NCBI GenBank assembly: GCA_032718475.1
Contig: JAUCBJ010005005.1
Location: forward strand, 4,528-68,527
Direction of reading: 5' to 3'
Source of the DNA: Nemertoderma westbladi
Lineage: Eukaryota; Animalia; Xenacoelomorpha
Length of the DNA stretch: 64,000 bases
Under the pieces are notes generated by a model. It did not search any database. It saw only the letters and a list, made by a program, of their open reading frames with translations, and was not told where the DNA came from. Within the stretch, counting starts at the first letter, position 1. Each line of letters starts with the position of its first letter. Below are positions 1-12,779 of this stretch, piece after piece. A program made the position numbers and the translations under genes.

Positions 1-848
1 AGGGAGTGGGTAGGAGTCCTGGTCCATTGGATTATCATACGGAGAAGGTTACAGCTCATCTTCCTTGTACTAGCAACGGAATCACTATGGGTATAAAACA
101 CTCTGAGTTCTGCGCTCCAATAATATTTGACCCAATTAACTAACTGAATGCAACTTTTTCATTACGGCAAGATCCACAATACTTTATGCAAATTTATTTG
201 GAACGCGAAAATCTAAGTTATAAAAAATGAAATTTGTTTGGCAAGAATTGTGTAATATATTATACAGTACAGTTTAGTATGAGGAGCGTAATATTCATAC
301 TGTATTTTTTTTTGCTTATAAATTCTTTAATGGATAGGAAATACGGCACTCCTTAAGCAAAAGGGTCCGTACTTCGCCCTTTCGGCACCCCCAGCCATAT
401 TTTGCACCGGTCCTTTTTTAGTGTTTTTTAATGTTTTTTTTTTGTATTGTTGAATGTTCTAGAACATTTTAGTAGATATATTTTATATGATAGCTAGTGT
501 TTTTTCAAGCTAGTATTTTTTGAAATTAGAAAATATGTGAAAGTATGGATATTTCAGATTTAAACTGTTGCAGAGTATATTATAGACCAAAATAATTTTC
601 AAAAATACAAGCTACCAAAAAAAATCTACTAAGCTTCTAAAACATTCACCAATATCAAAATAAACACTCAAAACAATATTAATTTTTTATTTTCAAGAAA
701 TACTTGCTAGTAAAAAAAACTCTTGCTAACATAAAAAAATACCTAAAAAAGGTGATTCTAGAACATTTACCAATATCAAAAAAGCTATAAAAAGCAGAAA
801 TTAAATAAAGGTTATTAAAACAACTCATACTTTTTCCGGAAATAAAAT

Positions 849-1229
849 CAGTGGCGGTCCGTGGTCAAAATTTTTGGTTGGGACAGACCGAAAACTTTAT
901 GAATACAGTGGACTTAGTAACACTGTAATAAATAAATACACATCAGATTGGTGTTAAGGAGGAGGGGGGGGGGGGGGGGGGGGGGGTGTTATTGTCGAAG
1001 AAAATAAAAATGGTTTTATCTAAATGACAACATTAAGTTATAGTTCACATCAGTACCTGTGGTATTTTCGTATTGTGAAAATAAGCATGTAAGTTTCAAG
1101 TAACGTATGTTATTGAGATATTGTTTATTGTTTTGGTTAAAAAAAAGCCCGCCACTGTAAACTGATCCTTTCCATTAATTAAGCAATCTAGTTTAGTTTA
1201 TTGTTTTGGTTAGAAAACACCGCCACTGT
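849..1229. mobile_element. Possible degraded MITE with CAGTGGCGG...CCGCCACTG ends
   Basis: CAGTGGCGG at 849; its reverse complement at ~1149 and ~1220; no clear TSD. Confidence 0.3.
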
Positions 1230-1321
1230 AACCTGCTCCTTTTGCCACAGGTACGCATATGAATGATAACTGAACATTATTATCTAAATTGAAATTCAGA
1301 ACACTTGTTCAGAATCAGAGG

Positions 1322-1601
1322 CCCATGTGAAGAATACCAGACTTTATCTGCTGTTATATTTCACTTTGCTGTTTATCCCCATGTGAAGATTACCAGGTTT
1401 TCACCAAAAACACAGGTTACAGAAGGGCTTAATCTACCCAAAACAATAAACGAATTTGTATATGTACAGGTTTTAAGACAGAAATGAGCTCTATAAAACA
1501 CTTAATAAAGATAAATTCAAAAATACACATTCTTCCTATATATAATTCCAATAAAATGTCGACCGAAAAGTGAAAACCTGGTATTCTTCACTTTACATGG
1601 G
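1322..1601. mobile_element. Short TIR repeat (MITE-like), with a related copy at ~60560-60937
   Basis: CCCATGTGAAGAATACCAG start and CTGGTATTCTTCAC..CATGGG end; internal sequence similar to 60646-60910. Confidence 0.6.
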
Positions 1602-1649
1602 CGGGATCAGAACGAAGTTCTGATCCCGCCCTGAACTATCTGAACGATC

Positions 1650-1850
1650 TGAACTACATCATATATAACAACAAGTGGAACCACATCATATATAACAACA
1701 AGTGGAACCACTTCATATATAACAACAAGTGGAACCACTTCATATATAACAACAAGCGGAACCACTTCATATATAACAACAAGTGGAACTACATCATATA
1801 TAACAACAAGTGGAACCACTTCCTTATATAACAACAAGTGGAACCACTTT
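1650..1850. repeat. 27-bp minisatellite (ACTTCATATATAACAACAAGTGGAACC), about 7-8 units
   Basis: Direct tandem copies; explains the periodic ORF 1607..1837. Confidence 0.9.
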
Positions 1851-3611
1851 CACTTCATATATAATGAAAAAGGAAGTGGAACCACTTTATCTACTATTAC
1901 AAGTGAAACCATTCCAAATTCAATGGTAAGAAGAACAATATCCGACCACTACGTCATCTACGACATTTTCCAGTAGGCCATTTAGTTTCCAAAGTTTCCA
2001 AAGAAACTGTCAATCTAAGAAAATCACAAGGTAGTAGCAAGAATGAACACAACAACTTTAAGCAACATCAAACGAGATACGAACAAGAAACCCAACGAAG
2101 CACCCCTTCCAACAAACGGAAGCAGTAGAAGCAGCACAGATATGAAGCGGAATAATAAAGGGTTTGATCTACACTACAAAACCTCTAGGGATTCATACTG
2201 GCACAATAACAATCAAGCTAATTATAATGGTAATCAATATAAATCTATCCTGCAAGATAATAATAGGCATACGGAGTATGTGGGGAACTCTTGGAGACAT
2301 GCCCAAGAATCATCTCGACACCAAAGTCAAACATACCAGCAGTATCAGAAGCACAGAGTGAGTAGACATGATTATCCACATCAACACTTCCCAAACCCTC
2401 ATCTAAGAGACCAATCTGAACATACCTCGTACCCCAGTAATGACCAATGTGGCATAACCTATGACAACAGGTATTACAACCGATCCAACAGAAGTCATAT
2501 GGCTAGGAATCGTTTTTAAGCTGGCTCCGAGTATCACAACTGGAGACCTAAATTTCAAAAATGCTGGAAATACGTGTAATATTTTGCAGAGAAGTGAAAT
2601 CAGTCGCCATAGGCAGCATATGAAGGATGATTTGCAACATGACAGCAAATTCTATTAAGTTCTAGAACAATGTCAGTGAATCTACCTTTGACTAAAAAAA
2701 ATGTAAAATTAAACGTTGAATATATGCTAGATACTATTTTCAGTTAATGAGTTTCTGAAGAATTTTAAGTTAATATTTTTTCTGTAGCATGATGCTTGGT
2801 TTTCAACATATATACAGTAAGTTTATTATTTTTTAGTAAAAAATAGATGACTACAGCAGTATCGCATTTACTGACGAAATTTCATATTTTTAAATAAATA
2901 TAACAGTACTTACTCAGTTTTTAAGACTTGCATTTTAATTTTCACATTTTTTACTCAAAATAGATAGATAGACAATTTGTTGTCAAAGAATAGTTAAGGA
3001 ATGTCTCGCAAAGTTTATTCATGGGATTTTTCAGTGAATCTAATTTCGCAATAAAAAAATGTCAAATTAATAGTGCTAAAACCCAGCATCACTCTGTAGA
3101 ACCAATATATTATAAAAAATGTAATATACTATATTAACACTGACACATTGACTTACCTACACATAGTTGCAACACTACAGTGTATACATGAGACATTGTT
3201 TCATAATGTTACATATCGAATAACACTATTACTGCTATATCTAGCACATACTCACCACAACAATCAATACCCCACATCTAAACATTAATTATCATTCCAT
3301 CTAATATTCAAACGTAATTAACCTGTCAATATTGTACTGATAATGTATGTAGAACAAGTAAATTATTATTATTAGTTAGATGTATTTCGTATTAATTAAT
3401 ATGCATTTTATGCTATCGAAATCATTAGAATAATTGGATCTCGTTGGTAACATATGCTATAGTATAGAATTCAATGAACAATAATTTATAATTGATACTA
3501 CCACAAGCTATTTGTAAACATCTGCGACCAGTTATGATGAATAAATCGATATTGAATAATTATTACTTGGCATTCAACAGCTATAACTCGGATATTTATC
3601 GCCTTTTTCTC

Positions 3612-3690
3612 TCGAGGTTGGGTGGAAGAGTGGGTAACGAGTTGTGAGGAGTTATAACAGTCCCGAGTTCGAACCCGGTTGAATATTTTG
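3612..3690 (+). promoter_or_regulatory. Degenerate tRNA-like/SINE-head Pol III promoter
   Basis: A-box-like TGGAAGAGTGG, B-box GAGTTCGAACCC, then a T-run; several ATTGG boxes downstream. Confidence 0.4.
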
Positions 3691-4654
3691 TTATCTGAAA
3701 AATTGCGAAATTAAATTTAGTTACTGGTGAAAAATAGCGATTTGAAAAATAATAGAAGTTACCTGATGCTAAGTGTAGACACCCGAACACCTGTAAAATA
3801 AAGGCTTATGATTGGATGCAGTACTAGAGTTGGGTGACTAATAACGCCTCTAGCGGAATAAGCGGGAACTTGAGAAGTTACCATGGTTACGGATGAAATG
3901 CTGACATCTGATTGGTTGAAATAATAACTAACGACCACTGGTAAAGGTTGAAATGGTGGCTTCTGATTGGATGCAGTACTAGAAATGGATGGTAATGATG
4001 GGCTACGGGTGACCTTGGGCGAGGGGCCATGTAATGTATACTACTACTAAAAAAGCATTGATACAGTATACAAGGTGGAACTGCGATGCAAGTAGCTAAA
4101 CTCAATCTTCACAATTTGTACTGATTTTGGAAAGAATAAGCCTACCGTAACGGATTTCAATTTCACTCCATACAGTAATGATATTGTTCCTTATGTCATT
4201 TTCTTATCATTCTGTGTGGTTATGCCCACTAATCAAGTATTACAAAGCTTTCGTAAGAATGTGAGATGGTAATCGTGGCATTGGTACCCCACACCTTGGG
4301 TACCCATTGACCAGATTATTTATACTAGCTAGTTTTTGCAAAGTTTTTTTATAAATGTTATAGAAGATGTGCTAGCTATCAATTTTGATAAATATTTTTG
4401 TTATAGAACAAATTTTTTTGTTCTAGAACATTTTCTGAAAAAAATAATACATGAATCATACATACATACAACCCTTATTAAAAATAAATCGTCATTTTAA
4501 ATTATTAGTAGACCTCCTAGACCTAGAACTGCAGTATTTTAAATTTAGAACTTATAACACACAAACACGCAGTTGTGTTAGATGTTCTCAATAAATCTAA
4601 ATATTTTTTTAATATCGTATAAAAAGTACAAGCTAACACAAAATCAAAATTACT

Positions 4655-4857
4655 TGTTCGCGCTTTTAGAGCTTTAACAGTTTAACTTGTTAATTTACGT
4701 GTCTTATGTTGTCTGACAGCCCGCACAAAATATGACCACAGAAGAAGTCAGTATAGTGTGGCGTCTGACCCACCGGATGTGGGAGACTGGATTCTATGGC
4801 AGAGAGAGAGATGTAGGCTACTTTGTATTATTCGATTGATCGCTACTATATAATCTC
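4655..4857 (-). repeat. Element C 3' LTR, part 1 (split by insertion of B)
   Basis: Starts TGTTCGCGCTTT like the B LTR, diverged from it; ends at the ATCTC TSD. Confidence 0.85.
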
Positions 4858-6026
4858 TGTTCGCGCTTTCAGACCTTTAGCAGTTTAACCTGCCAAATTT
4901 GGATGTCTTTTAGATGATAGATAGTCTTTAGCCTATGACAAGTATTTGATACACTACATTAGCCGAATCCAGTCCACGCGCGATCATTCACCCGCTGGAT
5001 ATACCCGGGAGACTGGATTCGGAAGCACAACCGTATTGCGGGGTAGGCCTACTGTATTATTCGACTGATCGTAATATATATAATCTCTGACAAATATTAT
5101 TCACTTTAGGGAAATATTAACAGTTCCTTTAGGACGTGGCGCTTTAAATATATAAACAGAGTTATGACTTAAACTAGACACAACGGGATGGCTATAGATT
5201 CACGTATATGGCGCATTCTTTAGGAGATGCTTCGTTATCAATCACAATCATACACAATACTGCACAATGCTGCACACTAATCTGCCGACCTTCACTAATT
5301 TTAGTCACATATAAGGAGAACAACAGACAATACGTGTAGGGCCTATAAAATAGCATTAGATTCACTTCAAACCACTTAATGTAAGTCGCAATCGTTATAT
5401 GTATCCGGTCTCTCTAACCTTTAGTATATCAAGAAGATTGGGGTGTCTGATTGTTTATCAGTATTCCAAATATAATATTCCATCAACAAATATAATGAAT
5501 AACCGACAGTAAATAGCAGTACGAAACACGGATTGAGTTAAGTAAGTTGTGTTGTGGTATGAGTTCAGTGAGGTATGTTGTGATAACGGATATACGTTCT
5601 ATAATTAAGCCTACTAATGTTGAGCTAAAGACTGAAACACGGAGGTTCCACGCCGGTGTTGTAGGCTGTGGACAAAATCACATACTGACTCACTTCACTA
5701 GTTTCTATATACAATCTCCAACACAGAGGCAAAAAAACGCTCTGATTGGTCGACCGAACAAAGAGAGAACAAAGAACAAAGAGATGTTCCACGTGGCAAT
5801 ATCAGCTGTTAGCCGTAGTCATGGTAGCTACACTGTTTCAAGAGGATCCGGCGTATTGTGTCATAGAATTGCTAATCATGTCCGCTAAAGTACACATACA
5901 GAAGAAATGGCTTTTATGTCCTCTAAAACAACAATACAGTAAGGACACGGCCTTTTATGCCTGTTAAACCAACTACAGAGTACTTTACGGGGAAAATAAC
6001 CGGCTAATTACGCAAAAGCCTTTACA
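4858..6026 (-). repeat. Element B 3' LTR (1169 bp)
   Basis: Near-identical to 25847-27014 (about 6 differences by eye). Confidence 0.95.
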
Positions 6027-6045
6027 CCGCTCCCAGAAAATGGGA
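6027..6045 (-). other. Element B short PPT with adjacent hairpin
   Basis: Sense strand TCCCA-TTTTC-TGGGA-GCGG abutting the 3' LTR. Confidence 0.65.
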
Positions 6046-6104
6046 TTTAAGTCTATAAAATATAACAAATCACAGTTTCTAAAATATAAAAATACTCTAA
6101 ACAG

Positions 6105-8342
6105 TTAGTCTTTCTTACGCGGACGGCGTTTAAGCAGTTTTTTGAGGTTAGCAAGAGTCCTTTTATCTTTGGGGCGAGCCACTTTACTAGGAGGGCTGTA
6201 ACTCCTGGGTGAAGGGTGCAATACAATTGCATCAGAAGGTTTAGGATTACGATCGGTGTATCCGCCGGTCGAGGTACCTGGTTGATCGATATCAACTTCA
6301 GTGGAGCGAGGTCTAACGGCTTTTAGGGCGCGTCTTAGGACAGCAGCTCCTACGGGTCCTTGACGGGTCGTCTGGACAATGGCGGTAGGCGGACCGTGAG
6401 TGGTGAGAAACTTCCTTGGTTTAATGGTTCTTTCCAGCTCGCGTTCTCGGGCTCGATATTCGTAGGGCCGTCGAGATACTTCCTGTAACTCAGGGTGCGA
6501 GTTGATAAATAAATCGCCATACTCAGGGTCTTGACGGATGAAATTGATCAAATGATATGAAGTAATATCGCTAGGATTGACGTTCCTAAGATATTTTCGA
6601 ACAAATTTGGTGGAAATACACTCACCAACACGCTTCATTAGTTCTTAACTCGGTGTGCGTGTTTTTTGTTCCACAGACGCGAATAAATAAGGATGGAACG
6701 CATAAACTCCCTCGTAAGAGCGTCCAGGGTAGTAGCGATGGCGAGCCTCACAATGTAAATCCGCGTTCGCTTCCCAAGCTCGGATGTAGCGCAAAGTAAT
6801 CATCTCATCTACGCTTTCTAAATCGCGGTTAAAGGGGCAATTATAACTGGCATGTCCTTTAAGTTGACAGTGGTGACATTGGGTCATAAATTGGGGGCAG
6901 ACTGCAAAAATATGCGAGTTATTAAGTCTGCAATAAGCACAATAGATCTCCATCATCGGTTGTTCGTGGAAATAGGAGCAGGGTACGTCTGAGTCCATAG
7001 GGGTGAAATGGTCTCTCGATGCGCATAATCTACAACGTTTTCGAGAAACATAGTTGGCGTGTCGATAATCGTATGCGGTGAGACATTGTGGACCTTGATA
7101 CCACTCCAAGACGTAATCGTTATCGCTGCTCCGGGGCGCTGTAGGCTGGATCGCTTCAGATTCTAAGCATATTGGTTCGTCTTCCAATTGCATAGCTGAG
7201 GTAGGTGCGGCTGTCTCCGCAAGCGGACCCACTGTCTGAACTTCCACGACAGAATAACCTGTGGGTATTCGGGGTCTTTGTATAACAGATGAATGTAAGT
7301 TCTGTATACAAACGTCCTGAAAGAGAGCAAATCCCGCGCTGTTTAGCTTCTCCGCAGCTGAGTCTCTTAGGCTGAGTTTGGTCAGAGCGCGGTCCTTGAA
7401 CTGACTATCAACGTTACGGAACGGAGTCAGAAAGCGCCTGAAACATTCGAAGCGGATGAATTTATTGTGTTCATATAACTTGGCGAGTTTGGTTCCAAGT
7501 ATTAAGGGATGGGTGCGTATGGTACGACTGCACACATCGGCTAGCCAACCGGCAAGTGCTGCGTTTTCAAAGATCGTGTATATAGCTAAGGAGGGACGAA
7601 GTGGAACACTCATAAAGCTATACACGGCGCCAGGTGCGGTCAATGGTCCATCAAAGTATAAATGAGAATAATGATCTCCATATACTTGTTGGTAATTTAT
7701 AGGATTTCCAACCTTGAAATTCCATCCGTATTCTTGAAAGGCAAGATGTCCGATGGAGGTTCGTTGTACTTTGGTAATGCAATGTAATGGGTGTATTGGC
7801 ATACATAGTGCGGAAGAAACCTCGGCCTTCTGCCCAGGGAGCAATCAGCTGAGTATCCACGAAAGGGTATGGAATGTTTTCCATATTCCGAAAGTCGTTT
7901 TGTAGATCTCCATAAACAGCCGAGCCGATTTTAAGGATTCTTTCGTTAAACAACATCTCGAGCACGGGTTGGGGTAACATCGATCCATCGATACCCATGG
8001 CCGGTTTGCGGTCGGTGTCGGCGACGTAACGCTGCGCGAGCTCGAATTGTCCATGTCGGAGTCTCTTTTGTGTCTCAGTAAGAGTTTCAAAAGAATAATC
8101 AATCACATCGGAACACGCTCGAGTAAATACGTGGGTAGAACCAGCGAGTCCTCGTATGTGTATCATCCGCATAGTTCCCAGTTCTCCAACCGGAACGCTA
8201 CCTTCGTAGTCGTAGGTGACAACTCCATACATCTCGATAACGTTAAGAGTCTCATTCCACTCTTTAGTGGCATTTTCGAGAGTCATTCCCACAGGATGCC
8301 ACAAGGTAGCGCATTCGCTAGCATTAGGTAAGTCTCTATACT
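6105..8342 (-). pseudogene. Element B accessory ORF, C-terminal part: DEDDy/WRN-like exonuclease, CCHC knuckles, basic tail
   Basis: ORF pieces 7651..8304, 6645..7844, 6105..6638 with motifs YDYEG, KIGSAVYGDL, FVDTQL, YTIFE, CHHCQLKGHASYNC; aligns by eye to 34122..36929; one frameshift and one in-frame stop. Confidence 0.75.
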
Positions 8343-8347
8343 TTAAA

Positions 8348-8877
8348 TGTTAGCTTATCCAATTCCGCTAACACCCCATAAAGTTATAAGCCGATAAGCA
8401 ATATTGGGAGCCACGAGATTGGATAATTAACCAACTCGTGCCATCCCAATAAGAGTGGGAAGCAAGCACACAATAAAGGGTCAGGGGCAAAACCCCTAAC
8501 CCAGAGAGAACAGATGGAGTGAACGGGAACACTCCACGGGGTGCCAACAAGGGCATCAACCAATCAGAGGGGGGCAAGGCATCGATTAGGTAGTAATTAG
8601 GCCAACCGTGCAATATAAAAAGTAATCCAATATCAGTAATTCAGTTATCTCAGTGCAGTAGTGCTAGCATAGGTTAATTAGTTTAGATAGGGGAGCACGG
8701 GACTTTTAGTTACCGTATCCCGCCTTCCATATACTATACAATATATCTATATCTTATACCTTTATTATTATACACCGAACTTCAGAACTCATTTTACTTT
8801 CATTCACTCTTTATACACGGCGGGGACGCGTGAACTAAATACCGGATAAATCGGGATCCCTCCTGGATCCCGTCACA
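8348..8877 (+). repeat. Element D 5' LTR
   Basis: Direct repeat of 15010-15539; TATAAAAA at ~8614 and TCAGTT initiator-like at ~8641. Confidence 0.95.
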
Positions 8878-8887
8878 GTAACTAAAA
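8878..8887 (+). other. Element D non-tRNA primer-binding site GTAACTAAAA
   Basis: Abuts the 5' LTR, lacks TGG, exact complement of LTR segment TTTTAGTTAC at 8704-8713. Confidence 0.75.
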
Positions 8888-8938
8888 CCAACCGCTGCCC
8901 TAGCTAGCCAAACCATCAGCCACCAATTACCAAAGGAG

Positions 8939-11900
8939 ATGAGTCAGTCAAGAAAGACGACACCGCCGCGGACCCCGGACGGCGATCTAACGATCCGCGA
9001 GGCCGCGACGAGACGGTATGCACCCACAACGCCGAACCCATCGAGAACGGGCCATCCGGCGATCCGAGACGAGGGGGGCCGTCTACAGCGAGAGGACGAG
9101 ACGGGAAGGAAGAAAGACGAGTCGACGCGGAGCGAGGGTCGACGTACCGATGTCGCCGGCCAGCCACAGGCCGAGGGCGACGGACGACCCACCGGAACGG
9201 CGACGGTGGGGCCGCCGGTACGACGTCGGGCCCGGAGAGACGGAGGAGAGGTCGGCGACGAGGACGTCGGGGTTTCTGATCGACTTCGACGGGCCTACCT
9301 CGCGACCCGGAAGCAACTGAGAGAGGCCAGAGGAAGGGCGAAGATAGACAAGGTGAGATTGACAAGAGGACTAGGTGAGTCGAGCAGATACTTTGATTAC
9401 CTAATGCGTTTTGGGCAGAGAGAACTAGCCGAGGAGAGGGCGAGGGGAGTTGCCAACGAACTGATTGAAGTATGGGAGTGTAGGGGTATGGAACCTAGCG
9501 TAGTGTACGTAGGGCCATACTTAGTCGATGCCCGGGGAGTAAAATTAGTGGGTTGGAAGAGACCTGAGGAGGGCGAATCCGAGGTTAAACCCGAGGATTC
9601 GGTCTCGTCGGTCGGAGGAAGTTCCGGGAGGCGGGGGAAAGTTGGTGGGACGGAGGGGCGACGGGAGTCCGTCGCAACCGATAAGTCTGCTACATCCTCC
9701 GCAAAAGAAAGAAGGGTGCGGGAGATAGGTCTGACGTGTGAATTAGAAACGGTGGCGAATGAGCAGAATGAGTTAGAGTGGCAATTGAGAGAGAAAACCG
9801 CATTGTTGGAGGGAGAAGAAGAGTGGGCGAGGGAGTGTAGAGAGGAAGCCGAGGGGTGTAGAGAGGGAGCCGAGGAGTGTAGAGAGGCAGCCGAGGAGTG
9901 TAGAGAGCGGGAGATGGGAGTAGAGAGCGAGTCGGCGAGGCGGTTGGAGATGACTGCGAGATGGTCAGAGTTGGAAGAACAGAATATGCGAGAGAGAGAG
10001 ATAGAGAGTAAGCGCGTGCAGGATGATTTGCGTGCCCAGCTAGAGAGGCTTACACAATATCAAGCCGAACTTAAACGGCGCCGACTAGAACTGGCGCGGT
10101 TGGAGATATCAGAGAGTGAGCCCCCACTTACGGGCACCGGGCGAGAGAACCAGAACTGGTGTAGCCGTACGGGCGGGGGGGGGGGGGGTAATAGTAGTAC
10201 GTTAGGAAATGTTAATATTAATAGTACCGTAGTAGATAATCCTAATCCCTTTATTGCAGCAAATAATATTTTACCTGGTAGTAGTAATTTAAATTTAAAT
10301 TCAAATAATAACATTCAATTCAAATAATTCGAATATTAATTTAAATTTTGAAAATAATAATAATCCTAATTTAATTAATTTAAATCTCGTTTCAAATTCT
10401 AACAATTTAATTGATTTAACAAATAATATTGGGAATGGTGCTATTAATATGAGCGTGTCGGACGTACATAACTCAGCAGACGAGGGCCTGGTAGGCCACG
10501 TAGTTAGTAGGCAGGAAGTGGCAGGGTTGAGCCAACCCGACGGCGGCCTGGTAGGCCACGTAGTTGGTAGGCAGGAGGTAGCGGGGTTGAGCCAACCCGA
10601 AGTGGGCCTGGTGGGCCACGCAGTAGTAGAGAGAGAGGCGGGGGTGAATAGACCCAGCCGTAGTAAAGACAGTGCGTCGACTAGAGAGGGGTGTAGAGAC
10701 GAAGTAAGAGATAGTGAAGTTAGATGTGGCGGGTGGGTGGGGGCTACCGGCGCCCCACCACATAAGATTAGTGGCGAGAGAGGGGGGGCAGAGAATGCCC
10801 CACAAGAGGGACGCAAAAGTGTAGTAAGAGATAGTGAAGTTAGAAGTGGCGGGTGGGGGGTGGCTACGGACACCCCACCGCGAGAAGTTAGTGGCGAGAG
10901 AGGGGGGGCAGAGAATGCCCCACAAGAGGGGTGTAGAAGTGTAGTAAGAGGTAGTGAAGTTAGAAGTGGCGGGTGGGGGGGGGGGGCTACGGGCACCCCA
11001 CCGCGAGAGATTAGTAGAGAGAGAGGGGGGGCAGAGAGTGTCCCACAGCCGTCAGCGGATAATGCGCGGGCCGAATCAGGTAAACCGCAACACCCGGCGA
11101 CGGAGAGTAATAGGGGGATTGCGAGTATCCCCAGCGGCGTGCGATCGAGCAGAGAGAGGCAGGTTGACGTCGCGAGAGGGCAGACGAAGCGTCGAGCCCG
11201 ATCAGAAGAGGGAAGAAGAACAGTGGAGTTTAACCGGGAGGTCGACGAGAGATCTCATGAGCCGGAATACTGCACTGAAAAGAGAAGAAGAGGAGATAGT
11301 AGAAAAAGTGTCGCCACGAACGATAGGAGTACGATGACGGATAACGGACCGTCGATAGTAGAGATGGAGTTGGGGAGTCAGTGGGGTCGAACTTCGGGAG
11401 ATTGCCGTCGCCCCGGAGAAACGCACCGCACGCCAAGAGAGGGGTACAGGACGTACAAATACGAAGTCGAGAACAGGAGAGGGGATCGAAGAGAAGCTTC
11501 CCGACGGGATATAGCTGCCGATCGAGAGTGCAGTAGTCGCGGGGAGATTCGAGATTCGCGAAGAATAAACTTCGGTTCGGAAGGGCACATGCAGACTGCA
11601 GGACATACTGTAGGCCTTACTGCACATACTATTATAGGCCATGCTGGGAGAGATAGAGTAGGCGATAGGGTAGCGCGAACGACGGGATTAAACCCGGAAG
11701 TCGCGGAGTACATACCGGTAGGTAGGCGAGAGGTAGGTAGGCCTATATCGGTACAGCAGCATGACTATAATACACAGGGACATAACATATATCCAGGGGA
11801 GGGGGGAGTTATTGGAGATAGACGTATGGGCCCCAATGTATTAACATCAACCCCAGTACCAAACATACCGGCCGGGGGGGGACAGGGTGACATTCCCCCA

Positions 11901-12740
11901 TCACAATATCGACAATATACCCCGATAGGAGCAAGAACATCGAACTCCCTGGACGAGAACAGGTCGTGCGGACAGTCACCACCACACGCGGCCGTACAGG
12001 GGACTGCTAGTCCACAGTTAGCTGGTAGCAGGGCCACACCGTGGCAGGGACAGAAAGAAAATAACACCATAAATAAACACAATCCCAATATACCCAGTAG
12101 GCCGAGTCTAGACAACCAAAACATTAAATCGGTACATATAAACCTAAGCGCGATACGTGAAGGACTATACAGGAAACGCTATAATCCAGGATTCCAATGT
12201 CAATTACATCGGGACGGAACCCATAAGACCAGGAGTTGTAAGTACTGGCAAGCGTTGCCCAAACGAGATCGTGTAGCCTACACAGACGCAAACGGACTAT
12301 GTCATCGATGTGTGGTAAAAGGACACAGATCCGGAGAGTGTTGGAAAGGGAGAGGATGTGAAAGGACTAAACCAGGGGCAGAGAAGCCCATTAGCAAACA
12401 TAAGGGAGTCGGGAAAGTAGGAGGAGGCGTGTTGCATACACACGCAGGACGGACACAGTGCGAGGGGGCATTGCACGGGCAGACACCGCGTATACCGAGG
12501 GACGAGCGGGGGTCGTCGAGGGCTCTAATGCCAGCGCACATACGAAGGGGGAGGCCAGCAAAGGTGGCACCGAAGAGAGTGTGGCGAAGAGTTAGAGGAC
12601 GTATAGGAGGGCAGCAGGAGAGTGCCTACTGGAAGAAGGGGCACGTGAGAGTTTTTAGTCGTCCAAAGTTTTGGACTGAGGGGGGTGGGAATGAGGGCGA
12701 GACGCCCTTCCCACGCACAAAATATAAAATAATTATTTAA
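8939..12740 (+). pseudogene. Element D gag-like ORF: coiled coil, Asn-rich island, repeats, C-terminal Cys/His knuckles; one frameshift at ~10315
   Basis: ORFs 8939..10327 and 10449..12740; CQLHRDGTHKTRSC and CHRCVVKGHRSGEC resemble Bel/Pao gag knuckles. Confidence 0.65.
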
Positions 12741-12779
12741 TTAGAATTAATGAAAATAATTAAATAATAGAGTAGGTAG

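Noticed and set aside
1607-1837. Periodic ORF / CRISPR-like regular repeats
   Set aside because: Head-to-tail 27-bp minisatellite with no unique spacers and no cas genes
2043-2519. 158-aa N/Q/H/R-rich ORF as a host gene
   Set aside because: Low complexity, no recognisable domain; possibly a decayed TE ORF but unsupported
8368-8613. 81-aa ORF duplicated at 15030..15275 (and ORFs at 5547 and 26536)
   Set aside because: Duplicated only because they lie in LTRs; non-ATG starts, no coding evidence
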